Assembly: GCF_006345805.1 (NCBI RefSeq)
Contig: NW_021831668.1
Location: 1 to 34,648 of the forward strand
DNA: 34,648 nt
Reading direction: 5' to 3'
DNA from: Octopus sinensis
Taxonomy: Eukaryota
The notes beneath the pieces were generated by a model, which was given only the letters and a program-made list of their open reading frames with translations, was not told where the DNA came from and searched no databases. Positions 1 through 10,108 of this stretch are shown one piece after another (positions within the stretch are counted from its first letter, which is position 1; each line of letters starts with the position of its first letter). A program made the translations under genes and the position numbers.

Positions 1-8
1 ATTATATA

Positions 9-55
<47 letters not shown>

Positions 56-1110
56 CATTATATATAAATATATATATATATATATATTTATTTATTTATT
101 TATATTTATATATACATACATAAGACAATTATAATGGATACAGAGATTAGTATATCTGCATAGGTTTTTTTTTATTACTACAATCGATTAGACGGTAAAT
201 TCGTCCGACGCACGTTTCTGCCGCATAAGCAACTTGCGATTGCCTTTACATCGAGTTACGTTCGACTGGCTTTTAGTCTATGCAACTTTATTGAGGATCC
301 TTCCACTGGCATAGTCCTAGGTGATTTAGGTGTATGTAGGCCTGGGTAGTGTTAATTTATTTGATCACTGTATTTTTTGAGTTAAAAGAATGTGATAGGA
401 AGATTTGGAAATCTGATATGGCTATAAAAACTACCAGGAATTTTGAGGTTCGGAATAGGAATACTCGACCATGAATAAGGTCAAACTATATTTTAAGAAA
501 ATATTTTGTATTTTTTTTTTTAAATAACTAGATGTAAGTATCTAGATGCAAATGCCATTGATAGTACAGCCGAAACGTGCGTTGGACAAATTTAGAACAA
601 ATATCCTGGATGTAGAAACAAAATACGATAAGCAAAATACGATTTGCTTATCTCTGTATTCATTGTCTTGGATATACACTTAGCGCGCCAGAATCAAGAC
701 TATAGTTGAGTGTTCGTATGGTACCCGACCGGATACTTTATCGCTATCTATTCATTATACACACACATTACATATATATATATAAACAATAGGATAATAA
801 TAAATTATTATTACCAGTGGCCTAGTACTGGTAGTTAGTTTTACATGTGGATCTGACTGTATGTATATTTGAAATCGAAAGGCTGTCCCACTGATGAAGA
901 CTGGCCTTCAGCAAATATTTTTTTGCTGGAAATAGTTAGAAACCATGGTCTGGAAAATAATTGAGATGGTAAACGTTTAATTTTCATTCCTTTCGAGAAT
1001 TTATCCTTAATTGAGTTTTCTACTGCTCTTTCTAGCACAAGGCTTTCCTATTTGGAAGCCTCTTGTATTTCTATAATTATATATATATAGTGATTTCCAC
1101 ATCTTTTCAG

Positions 1111-1219
1111 AGGAAAGCCATCACTTCAGTTATTAAGTGCCGTCATAATACCTCATGTGACAGACGAGTCCAGCTTTACACCTGTAACACCCTGCAGAAG
1201 GTGTTGCAAACTTTGCCAG
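1111..1219 (+). CDS. Candidate exon (GKPSLQLLSAVIIPHVTDESSFTPVTPCRRCCKLCQ, or the alternative open frame)
   Basis: Acceptor tttccacatcttttcag|, donor cag|gtagaa; two frames open. Confidence 0.2.
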
Positions 1220-1568
1220 GTAGAAAAGTGTCTGGGTGTATTTATTAAAGCTTGTTTTCATACCAAGTTCTATGTATTAACAATTTTAAGTAAAAGTGAA
1301 GGATTAGCCAATACTTTTTAGTGAAGTACTTATTTATGAAGTTTTACGAGAAAAATGTTGACTGTGACTTCGCAGTTTCGGCTTGTTCGAAACTTATGAG
1401 TAATCTTACTTTACAAACTCTGATATTTGAATGAGCGTTTGTATGATCATTTTATAAACATACATATATACACAGGCACACAAGTATAAACGTGTATATA
1501 TACATAAATATATTATCATACATCATACACACACACCACACATCACACCACATCACACACATCACACA

Positions 1569-1607
<39 letters not shown>

Positions 1608-1619
1608 CTTCCACTGGTT

Positions 1620-1865
1620 CATAAGAGACTATGGCCATGCGGGAGCTGGTTTCAGCCAGAGACTAGGGCCATGCGGGAGCACCGTCTTTTAAGGTGTTTC
1701 GGGCGGAGAGGTGGGGTCTGTATTGATTTGGGTGAAATAGCGACTTGGACGGAACCGCTCTTCTTTGTGCCTCCTGCCGCGATGTGGATTCATCTGACAT
1801 TTCAGTTAAAATTTTGTCTACACACCCTTTGAACACCTCCGCATGGATATTTAGTGTCACGTTAA
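1620..1865 (-). mobile_element. CR1-like LINE ORF2 C-terminus and 3' end
   Basis: EVFKGCVDKILTEMSDESTSRQEAQRRAVPSKSLFH resembles FK..LD.FL..IPD.P....R.A.SNSL; 3' tail gacggtgctcccgcatggccctagtctctggctgaaac. Confidence 0.6.
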
Positions 1866-2016
1866 GAAGCAGAGCACAGCACCAGAATTTTTTTTACTCG
1901 AATCAAATATAGCACACTACTCCGAATAGCTTTAAAATATCGGCATCAGTAGAATTAAGAGGACTAATATGGGCTAGCATCGAGTCTTTTTGGTTGTAAT
2001 AATGAAATGAAACCAA

Positions 2017-2227
2017 GGCGGTGAGCTGGCAGAAAGGTTAGCACGCCGGGCGAGATGCTTAGCGGTATTTCATCTGTCTTCACGTTCTGAGTTCAAATTC
2101 CGCCGAGGTCGACTTTGCCTTTCATCCTTTCGGAGGTCAATAAATTAAGTGCCAGTTGTGTACTGGTATCGATCTAATCGACTGGTCCCCTCCCTAAAAT
2201 TTTTGGCCTTGTGCCTAGAGTGGAAAC
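2017..2227 (+). mobile_element. tRNA-derived SINE family A (ggcggtgagctggcagaa...)
   Basis: A-box/B-box-like head ggcggtgagctggcagaa..gttctgagttcaaattccgcc; many copies in the window. Confidence 0.9.
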
Positions 2228-2412
2228 GAATAAGGAAATCAAAGCCAACGGTGATAGGCACGTTTCAGATTTGCCTAATATATACTTTAACTGAGGAATT
2301 TAATGTTATGGATGCATTTCCTGTTATACATTAGGCAAACCGGAAACTTACATATTAAATTATTTTAAAATAGCACTATTTGCTTTAATTTCAAAATCAA
2401 ACAACATGTATA

Positions 2413-2461
<49 letters not shown>

Positions 2462-2494
2462 ATATATATAGATATTATATATATCTATATTAAT

Positions 2495-2600
2495 CTACAT
2501 GTTTCTCTCACTGTTTATTTTCCCTTATTCCTTTCTGTTGAAGAGTGTAGGCTCGAAAAGTAGAAGACTTTCATTTTCCCGAGCGTCAAACTAACATATG
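2495..2600 (+). mobile_element. Degenerate third copy of the variant-HHR element (motif ~2530-2568)
   Basis: cttt-CTGTTGAA-gagt-gtag-gctc-GAAAAGTAGAAGAC followed by gagcgtcaaactaa, similar to gagcgttatactaa in the other copies. Confidence 0.5.
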
Positions 2601-2656
2601 TATGTGTGAATATATATATATATTATTATATATATATATATATTTATTTATTTATT

Positions 2657-2689
<33 letters not shown>

Positions 2690-2742
2690 TTATATGTTAT
2701 ATACATATATATATATATATTTATATATATATACATTATATA

Positions 2743-2790
<48 letters not shown>

Positions 2791-3334
2791 CATACACGTA
2801 TCCCTCAAAATAAGCAACAGGATATCTAGAGGTGTGCAGTACGACCGTTTCAAGTGGCTTCATTTAATTGAGCAATGCAATCGTTACATCAATTTAAATG
2901 CACGGCTATCCACAGAAGTGTTTTAATCAGTCGGGCATATTTGTATAATTTTACTTCAATCCTCTAAGAGGGTAAGACGACAGACAAAATCCATTCTGTT
3001 GCTACTTCAGCTTAGAAGTTTCTAAGACATCAGGCAAAAAGAAATTTTGTTTGGGTCATAGTTTGTCACTGAATTTGGTTCAGTTTTAATTTATTAGTCT
3101 CGTTTATCAAATCTTTGTATATCAAATCTAAGACTAGAGAATAGTGTCAGTTAGGAAAGGGCATGGGGGAGTTGACAGAATCAGAATGGGTGTAGTCATA
3201 AAACTTGTCAAAATTATCTTAAAATAGTATATGATAACCGGCCGTAATGAGGTTGGGAAGTGGAAGACGTCAGATCAGCGGTTCGGCTAAAGACTCATAG
3301 AAAACCAGACTTATACAAAAAAATAAAATAAAAT

Positions 3335-3425
3335 AAGTACTGGGGTCGATATATTCGACTAAAAATTCTTCACAGCAGTGTCCCAGCATAGCCGCAGTCT
3401 AATGACTGAAACAAGTAAAAGACAA
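3335..3425 (+). mobile_element. SINE family B 3' fragment
   Basis: aagtactggggtcgatatattcgactaaa..ccagcatagccgcagtctaatgactgaaacaagtaaaag. Confidence 0.75.
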
Positions 3426-3485
3426 CGGATTTGTATATATATACATATATATATATATATACATACACACACACACCATATATAA

Positions 3486-3563
<78 letters not shown>

Positions 3564-3774
3564 ATATATATTTGAGTAATTGAATGAATTATCTATTAAG
3601 GATAATTCGAAAGATAACCAATACTGGGTAGAAAATTCCCATCAGAAAGAACACGGTTGAAGTGAAGCTACGTCCATAGGGCATAGACTACGTGTCTTCG
3701 TGCGGAAATTTGTATGTTTATTTTAAAATTATAAGTATATGAAAGAATGGAGTTGAACGACTAGTTAACAAATA

Positions 3775-3870
3775 TCCTTTATTCTCGACATATGTTTCGA
3801 AGGCTGCATATTCCTAATTCCGAAGGAATAAGGGTACATTAAGCAGATTTCTCATCAGAAAATCAAGGAA
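3775..3870 (-). ncRNA. Type I hammerhead ribozyme motif in PLE pLTR (stem II partly degenerate)
   Basis: Minus strand: ttccttgatttt-CTGATGA-gaaatctgc...gcagccttc-GAAA-CatatG-TC-gagaataaagga. Confidence 0.7.
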
Positions 3871-4417
3871 CTTATGTCGACATCAAAATGCACAAAAAAC
3901 TTTTAGCTGACCGCTCTCAAGGAGCCCATGGCGATAATGAGTGTCTCTTTATAATGAGTGACGTCAGAGTGGCTGAATGTAGAAGAATCTAGAAGTTTCT
4001 AAAGGTTCAAGAGTTCAAACGAAGTAGGAGGAGGGAGGCATAAGAATAGTAAAGTGAGAGAGTGCAGGTCAAAAGAATGGTGGGTTTAAATGATTTCTTT
4101 TGTGAATAGGTGCCTGTGTGTGTGACTGTATATAACTGTCTTAATGTGTGTATGTGTGTGTATGAATGCGTGATTGTGTTTGTGGATGGGTAGATGTCAG
4201 AAAACTGACAGCTGTGAGTTGAAAGGCCTGTATCTGTGTGTTCGATTATGTTTGAATGTATAGAAAGGAAATTAGATAGCAAAAGGGAGAAAGAATCGGG
4301 CGAGGTGAGAGACAACGCAAGAATGGATAGTAGTAATTGGGAATATAAGAAAATCTTTTTTGACTATTGGGGTAAAATATAGCAAAAATTTTTTAGGAAA
4401 TCGAGGGGTTATCTATA

Positions 4418-5437
4418 TTAGTCACTATTTATATGAATGGTGTGTCTTTTCCAGTGTAAGCACCTGTAGGATCTTTCGACGATTGTGTTTATTAAAGGGC
4501 CTTTGGCGAACAAAATATGAAAAAGTTCGGAATTATAGATGCCACAAAATTTTCTGCCTTTATCAAACGGGAAGGACCCCGACAAAATGGACCATTCGAG
4601 CTTGAACGTGGTGTTATTGTTCTTCAGACGCCAGACTAATTTGCTTAGCCCCGTGCTGTGTTGCTTTCTCTTATCTCTGAAAGTGGAATAATGGTTGGAG
4701 ACCCTTTGGGCTAATTTAAAAGAGGTTGCGCCAATATAGAAGTAGACATCGGTTCCAGAAGAGATTTTGCATTGGTAAGTGGTGTTTCTAATTTTGGAAT
4801 TTTAGGATAAGAACTTTAATCTGTTGGGGTTGGTTTCCGATACTAAGACAGAGTTTTTATTGTAGTGATAGGTGTAAAAATTGCTGCTGGTTTTGGCCAC
4901 GATACTATTCATCTTATTATCATTACTATAAGTTATAATATCGTCGGCAAATTCCCTGGCAATAGGAATGCTGCGATTGTTATCATCAATAATATAACTG
5001 TTATTAAGAATGCTGGTACTATTACCACTAACACCACCACTGTTTATAATCTGGCTAATGTTATTATCATTATTACTATTGCTAACGCTAATGCTGCTAT
5101 GAATGTTGCTAATATCCATACTACTTCTATTATTATTATTATTGTATGTTACGTTGGAATAGGTAAGGGCGGTGTCGCTACTCATGGGTGGAGAGACCCT
5201 ATTTAGCAGCTTATTATTGTGGGAAGATATTATCTGCGAAAGATTTTTAGCATTTGAGAATGCTATTCTTACTTTATGCGAATTTATAGTGGAGTAGTAT
5301 CTAGAATTCCTAGGAAAATTCTTAGTAACGGCTTCACGGAATTGTAAAGGGAGATTAGACCTGATTGGTCTCCCGAAAGGAATCACAAACCAGATATAGT
5401 TTTTTTTTGTTCTTGGAATGGCTGAGAGTGTTGACAT
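4418..5437 (-). pseudogene. Penelope-like retroelement ORF remnant: post-RT domain, N/S-rich linker and C-terminal GIY-YIG endonuclease; one in-frame TAA at 4802-4804
   Basis: ORF 4802..5437 gives PRTKKNYIWFVIPF...KNFPRNSRYYSTINSHKVRIAFSNAKNLSQIISSHNNKLL, resembling the PLE motif RKRNIIWFNPP...KHFP...N.VK.SYS.M.N...II..HN.K.L. Reading through the stop in the same frame gives NSKIRNTTYQCKISSGTDVYFYIGATSFKLAQRVSNHYSTFRDKRKQHSTGLSKLVWRLKNNNTTFKLEWSILSGSFPFDKGRKFCGIYNSELFHILFAKGPLINTIVERSYRCLHWKRH (YQ..YIG, R..NH, ST.LSK..W.LK, W.IL, C..H). The C-terminal EN and these motifs resemble the Hydra clade of PLEs (clade call is inference). Confidence 0.9.
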
Positions 5438-5581
5438 TTACATTAAAGGGTATATTTCCAAAAAAGATTTTTGCTATATTTTACCCCAATAGTCAAAAAA
5501 GATTTTCTTATATTCCCAATTACTACTATCCATTCTTGCGTTGCCTCTTACCTCGCCCGAATCTTTCATATACTTATATAT

Positions 5582-5903
5582 ATACAAAATTTAGATGAAT
5601 GACCACTAATAGTGGACAGCCTGTATGCTAGAAATAGGCGTCAAACTCGCCATTTACCACAGAGAATGTGTTCTCAAGAAAAAAATCAGCAAAAAAAACA
5701 AAGTTTAAAAATAAGCAAGACAAATGAAAATATACGAAATAAAAACGATTTCATATATTTTCATTTGTCTTACTTATTTTTAAACTTTGCTTTTTGCTGA
5801 ATTTTTTCTTGAGAACACATTCTTTGTGGTAAATGGCGAGTTTGACGCCTATTTCTAGCATACAGGCTGTCCACTATTAGTGGTCATTCCACTAAATTTT
5901 GTA
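5582..5903. repeat. Fold-back inverted repeat, ~160-bp arms, ~7-bp spacer
   Basis: atacaaaatttag..gaatgaccactaatagtggacagcc...tatacgaaat (5582-5740) mirrors atttcatatatttt...ggctgtccactattagtggtcattcc..aaattttgtat (5748-5903). Confidence 0.93.
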
Positions 5904-5997
5904 TGTATAAAATTTTTAATCTTCGGATTTTTTTTTTAATATGCTAGACCACTGGTTTTAATTGATTTAATATCGATTTCTATTCTATTAGTATATA

Positions 5998-6036
<39 letters not shown>

Positions 6037-6054
6037 TATATATATATTAAGTAG

Positions 6055-6378
6055 TTGAATGAATTATCTTAGTATGGCTAATTCGGTTAACCGATACCTG
6101 GGTAGCAAATTCACGTCAGAAAAACACGGTTGAAGCTGCATGCCTAGGGCAGAGATCACGTGCTTTCGTGTGGAAATTTGTGTGCTTTTCTAATACAAAT
6201 AAATGAAAGAATGAAGTTGAACGACGATTTAACAAAATTCCTTTATTCTCGACATATGTTTCGAAGGCTGCATATTCCTAATTTCGAAGGAATAAGGGGT
6301 GCATTATGCCGCCTTCTCATCAGGAAAAACAAGGAACTTATGTCAGCATCAAGATGAACAAAGACTTTTAGATGACTG
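6055..6378 (-). repeat. pLTR-like direct-repeat copy of ~3580-3910
   Basis: Colinear similarity from gaatgaattatc through cctttattctcgacatatgtttcgaaggctgcatattcctaatt to aaaa(g)acttttag(a/c)tgac. Confidence 0.85.
6238..6336 (-). ncRNA. Type I hammerhead ribozyme motif (left arm of palindrome)
   Basis: TCATCAG at 6317-6323; near-exact reverse complement of the HHR at 6421-6519. Confidence 0.85.
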
Positions 6379-6420
6379 CAGTCATCTAAAAGTTTTTGTT
6401 CATCTTGATGCTGACATAAG

Positions 6421-6519
6421 TTCCTTGTTTTTCCTGATGAGAAGGCGGCATAATGCACCCCTTATTCCTTCGAAATTAGGAATATGCAGCCTTCGAAACA
6501 TATGTCGAGAATAAAGGAA
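6421..6519 (+). ncRNA. Type I hammerhead ribozyme motif with long stem II and palindromic stem III; predicted cleavage after C6506
   Basis: Stem I 5' ttccttgtttttc (6421-6433); CTGATGA (6434-6440); stem II gaaggc-ggcat...atgca-gccttc; GAAA (6495-6498); CatatG; TC (GUC 6504-6506); stem I 3' gagaataaaggaa (6507-6519). Confidence 0.85.
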
Positions 6520-6629
6520 TTTTGTTAAATCGTCGTTCAACTCCATTCTTTCATTTATTATATATATACATACATATGTATGTATGTATGGGGTGAGGTT
6601 CATATACATATATACATATACATATATAT

Positions 6630-6710
<81 letters not shown>

Positions 6711-6973
6711 GGGTGGGGTTCATATACATATATACATTTGCATACGGCCATATTATTATTTATATATTTAATTCACGTAGTGAAAAGTTCTATCGATCGC
6801 ATTGCAGTGATTGTCATTTCTTCGTTGCTGTAGACAGACAGACAGACAGACAGACAGAAAGTCAGACAGACAGATATATTTGTTTGGTTTTATGGCCTTA
6901 GTTCTGTCGTTTCTGTCTCGGGTGTTTATGGTGTTTGCTTGATCTGATTAACTTTTGCATTTGATATATGGGC

Positions 6974-7009
<36 letters not shown>

Positions 7010-7153
7010 GTGTGTGTGTGCGCGCGCGCGCGTGTGTGTGTGTGTGCCTGTGCTGCGAATTACTATCCAAAAAGTAGCAGTTACCAACAAAAACTACTTT
7101 ATACACAAATATTATCCGCATACGTGTGTATGTATATAGACAGACAGACAGAC

Positions 7154-7205
<52 letters not shown>

Positions 7206-7232
7206 ATATATATATATATATATATATATATA

Positions 7233-7634
7233 GGCGCAGGAGTGGCTGTGTGGTAAGTAGCTTGCTAACCAACCACATGGTTCCGGGTTCAGTCCCACTG
7301 TGTGGCATCTTGGGCAAGTGTCTTCTGCTATAGCCCCGGGCCGACCAAAGCCTTGTGAGTGGATTTTGTAGACGGGAACTGAAAGAAGCCTGTCGTATAT
7401 ATGTATATATATATATGCATGTGTGTGTGTGTGTCTGTGTTTGTCCCCCTAGCATTGCTTGACAACCGATGCTGGTGTGTTTACGTCCCCGTCACTTAGC
7501 AGTTCGGCAAAAGAGACCGATAGAATAAGTACTGGGCTTACAAAGAATAAGTCCCGGGGTCGATTTGCTCGACTAAAGGCGGTGCTCCAGCATGGCCGCA
7601 GTCAAATGACTGAAACGTGTAAAAGAGTAAAGAG
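7233..7634 (+). mobile_element. tRNA-derived SINE family B (ggcgcaggagtggctgtgtggtaag...)
   Basis: tRNA-like head with ggttccgggttcagtcccact, internal (TA)/(TG) tract, tail ggcggtgctccagcatggccgcagtcaaatgactgaaac. Confidence 0.9.
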
Positions 7635-7727
7635 TACATGTACACAGAAAGACGAAATACATACACATACACCTATTCACACACACACACACATAACCTG
7701 TATGTATGGGTTATTTTGCTTTTTCAG

Positions 7728-7772
7728 GAGAAAATGCAGAATCCTGACTTCTGGCCGGGCCCGGAATGGTTG
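7728..7772 (+). CDS. Candidate 45-nt exon (EKMQNPDFWPGPEWL)
   Basis: Strong acceptor ttattttgctttttcag|, moderate donor |gtagag, open phase 0 to 0. Confidence 0.2.
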
Positions 7773-7998
7773 GTAGAGTGATGTGCTCGAACCAGAGATC
7801 CTGTGCAGCAGATTGAACTAGACTAAAGATTTTCAGTCAACTCAAAACACAAAAACAATTAACACATATCATCCAGCTCGATGCTCCACCGCTTCCGATA
7901 GACCGTTGCTTTTATAATTGATACTTTATCGAATCTGGAAGCATAAATGACAAAGTCGGCCATTGCAGCACCTGAACGTACATGTCCATTCAAGTACA

Positions 7999-8037
<39 letters not shown>

Positions 8038-9914
8038 ACACACACACAAACACATGCTCACACACACGTATCAACAGGTACATATGTATTAGTGAGAAGT
8101 ACATGTGCCCGTGTAGTTATCTCTCTCTCTCTCTCTCTCCCCATCTATCACTCTCTCTCTCTCTCCCCCTCTCTCTCTCTCTCTCTCTCCCTTGTCTTTA
8201 CGTCACACTGCTTGTCATCTACTGTTTATTCCTAACTTAGTGTTTCGACAAATCAGAATTGGATAAATGGAGCAAGAGCACACACGAAAAGGAAAAGTGT
8301 CACTGAAGAGGTCACAGATGTGTGATGAAAGATTTCCGAACAATGTATATGAGTTAAAATAATAAAATAAGATTTGTAATAAACCAGTGAAGAAACAAAA
8401 TATAGTGCGTGTGCTTATTTGGCAAAAAAAAAAATTACCTTCCCGAAATACAACACTAAGGGTTAGGAAGCAATGTATCAAAGTCATTTATATATGCGTA
8501 TTTATATATATATATATATATATATCAACTAAAATAAATATTAATGACTGTCACCTTCCTGCACTCTGTTTGTAGAACATGCGCTGGATCAATTCTTAAA
8601 CTTTTATTACATTGGTCCCTTTACTTCTTGTTGCACATTTTAAAGGCCCACCCCTTTCTAGGATTCATCGCTCGCCTTTTATACATACACGTATTATAAG
8701 GCCGAAGTAATTTCGTATCAGTAACTTGTCGGACAAGGTTGACTTGTTATACCACAGAAACCCTAACCCTAACCCTAACCATAAGCGAATACTATAAAGA
8801 CAGGGATTATACATTCGGTTTTGTTTATTTACCTATTCCCATTTTGATGTATGTATGTTGTTCTTGTTGGTGGAGGGTTGCAACTGTGTCTAACAAGCAG
8901 TTTGTGAAAATGTTACATTTAAAATTATCCGAAAGGTTAATATTTCAATTAGAATCGCAACTATAAAAAAAAAACTGTGCTGACGCTTCTATCGCTCCCC
9001 TTGAGCCGGCTTTGTTCTCAGTATCCATGTAAAATTGCTCAACGCCCTCAAGAGGGCGTAGTGCCTACTTTGTGATGTTCTAGTTGATTGATTGGTTTGT
9101 TCTTAATCTGGAAAAATTGTTAAAAAAATTCTTAGATGTGAACTTAGTAACATAGTCAACCAAAGCTACTAGATCATAGATTTACAGGCGTAACTTTATG
9201 ATTTAAAACGAGAAGCTTTAACTGGTCTCTTTTCGAACTCCCAAATGAAATATTCATTTCTTCAGTGAGCGAGATAAATAACATGTATTGTATGAAGATT
9301 TTCGATTGTTGTTGAAAAGTGCAAACGTTCCCATTGCCCGAAATAAGATTTAGTCCCCGACCCCTCACAGTTATCGGGGGGTTTTGGAATCTATGTAGGA
9401 TATTTGTGCGTCAAGCAGCACCGGCACTGTTCTCTCGACAACAGCTAATCCTTCATAGTTAATCCTGTTCTCTAATCCTTCATAGTCACAGTTGTGTTGA
9501 CCACACATATGAATAGTTTCAAGCATTTTTTGATAATTGATTTCCTTGGTCTTAATGTTTTCACTCTGCTTCAGCGGAGTCTTTGACTCCGCTATGCAGA
9601 AGTAAAAATAAGCACAACTTTCAAAATATAAATTTGTGGACCAATCACACCGATCGTCTCTTCTTGATGGTAATGTGGTCTGCTTTCATTTTGTTTTCCC
9701 CTTCTGTGCTTCTTATAAGCGAGGGGCGGCGGTTGTAAGAGTAAGAATTTCCCTTTGCAGCCTCGTAGAGGTACGGGTAGATTTCGGTATGTAAATATAA
9801 CCATTAACGGTAGGAACTTTTATAAAAGTTCAATACATATTTTTGTATATAAAACTTCGAACCTCCCAGATTTGTGAATGAATTCGGTAGACGGAAACTG
9901 TATGGAAGCCAGTT

Positions 9915-10029
9915 GCTTAGCCACATACCGAAAAATTAGAAATAGCAGTCAAAGACCGCTGTAGAAAGTAGAAAATAGAAATAAACAGTCTTTGACTGGT
10001 ATTTCTAATTTTTCGGTATGTGGCTAAGC
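9915..10029. repeat. Inverted repeat, 42-bp arms, 31-bp spacer
   Basis: gcttagccacataccgaaaaattagaaatagcagtcaaagac / gtctttgactggtatttctaatttttcggtatgtggctaagc (1 mismatch). Confidence 0.92.
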
Positions 10030-10053
10030 AGCCTGTTGCCCGCCTCTTTTATT

Positions 10054-10108
<55 letters not shown>

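Larger units (their letters stand above)
3575..5570 (-). mobile_element. 5'-truncated Penelope-like element with 3' UTR and HHR-bearing pLTR ending at a (TA)n tract
   Basis: ORF remnant 4418-5437, then 3' UTR ~3900-4417 and HHR-containing repeat ~3580-3910 abutting (TA)n. Segment 4289-4401 is repeated in inverted orientation at the 5' truncation point (5454-5567). Confidence 0.75.
6199..6558. repeat. Near-perfect spacer-less palindrome, ~180-bp arms, centre 6378/6379 (gactg|cagtc)
   Basis: Arms are reverse complements with only a few mismatches; ORFs 6243..6458(-) and 6299..6514(+) translate almost identically. Confidence 0.95.

Noticed and set aside
885-915. CTGATGAagactggccttc as a hammerhead
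   Set aside because: No GAAA after the putative stem II and no stem III or cleavage triplet
841-1038. 65-codon minus-strand ORF
   Set aside because: No recognisable homology and weak splice signals; cannot be supported as a CDS
4802-4804. In-frame stop in the PLE ORF as programmed readthrough or selenocysteine
   Set aside because: The codon is TAA, not TGA, and neighbouring conserved Cys residues are also mutated, so decay is the simpler explanation
8295-8345. CTGAAGAg-gtcaca-gatg-tgtgat-GAAA hammerhead-like half
   Set aside because: Core and stem II are suggestive, but stem III, the UH site and stem I cannot be formed; at best a decayed relic
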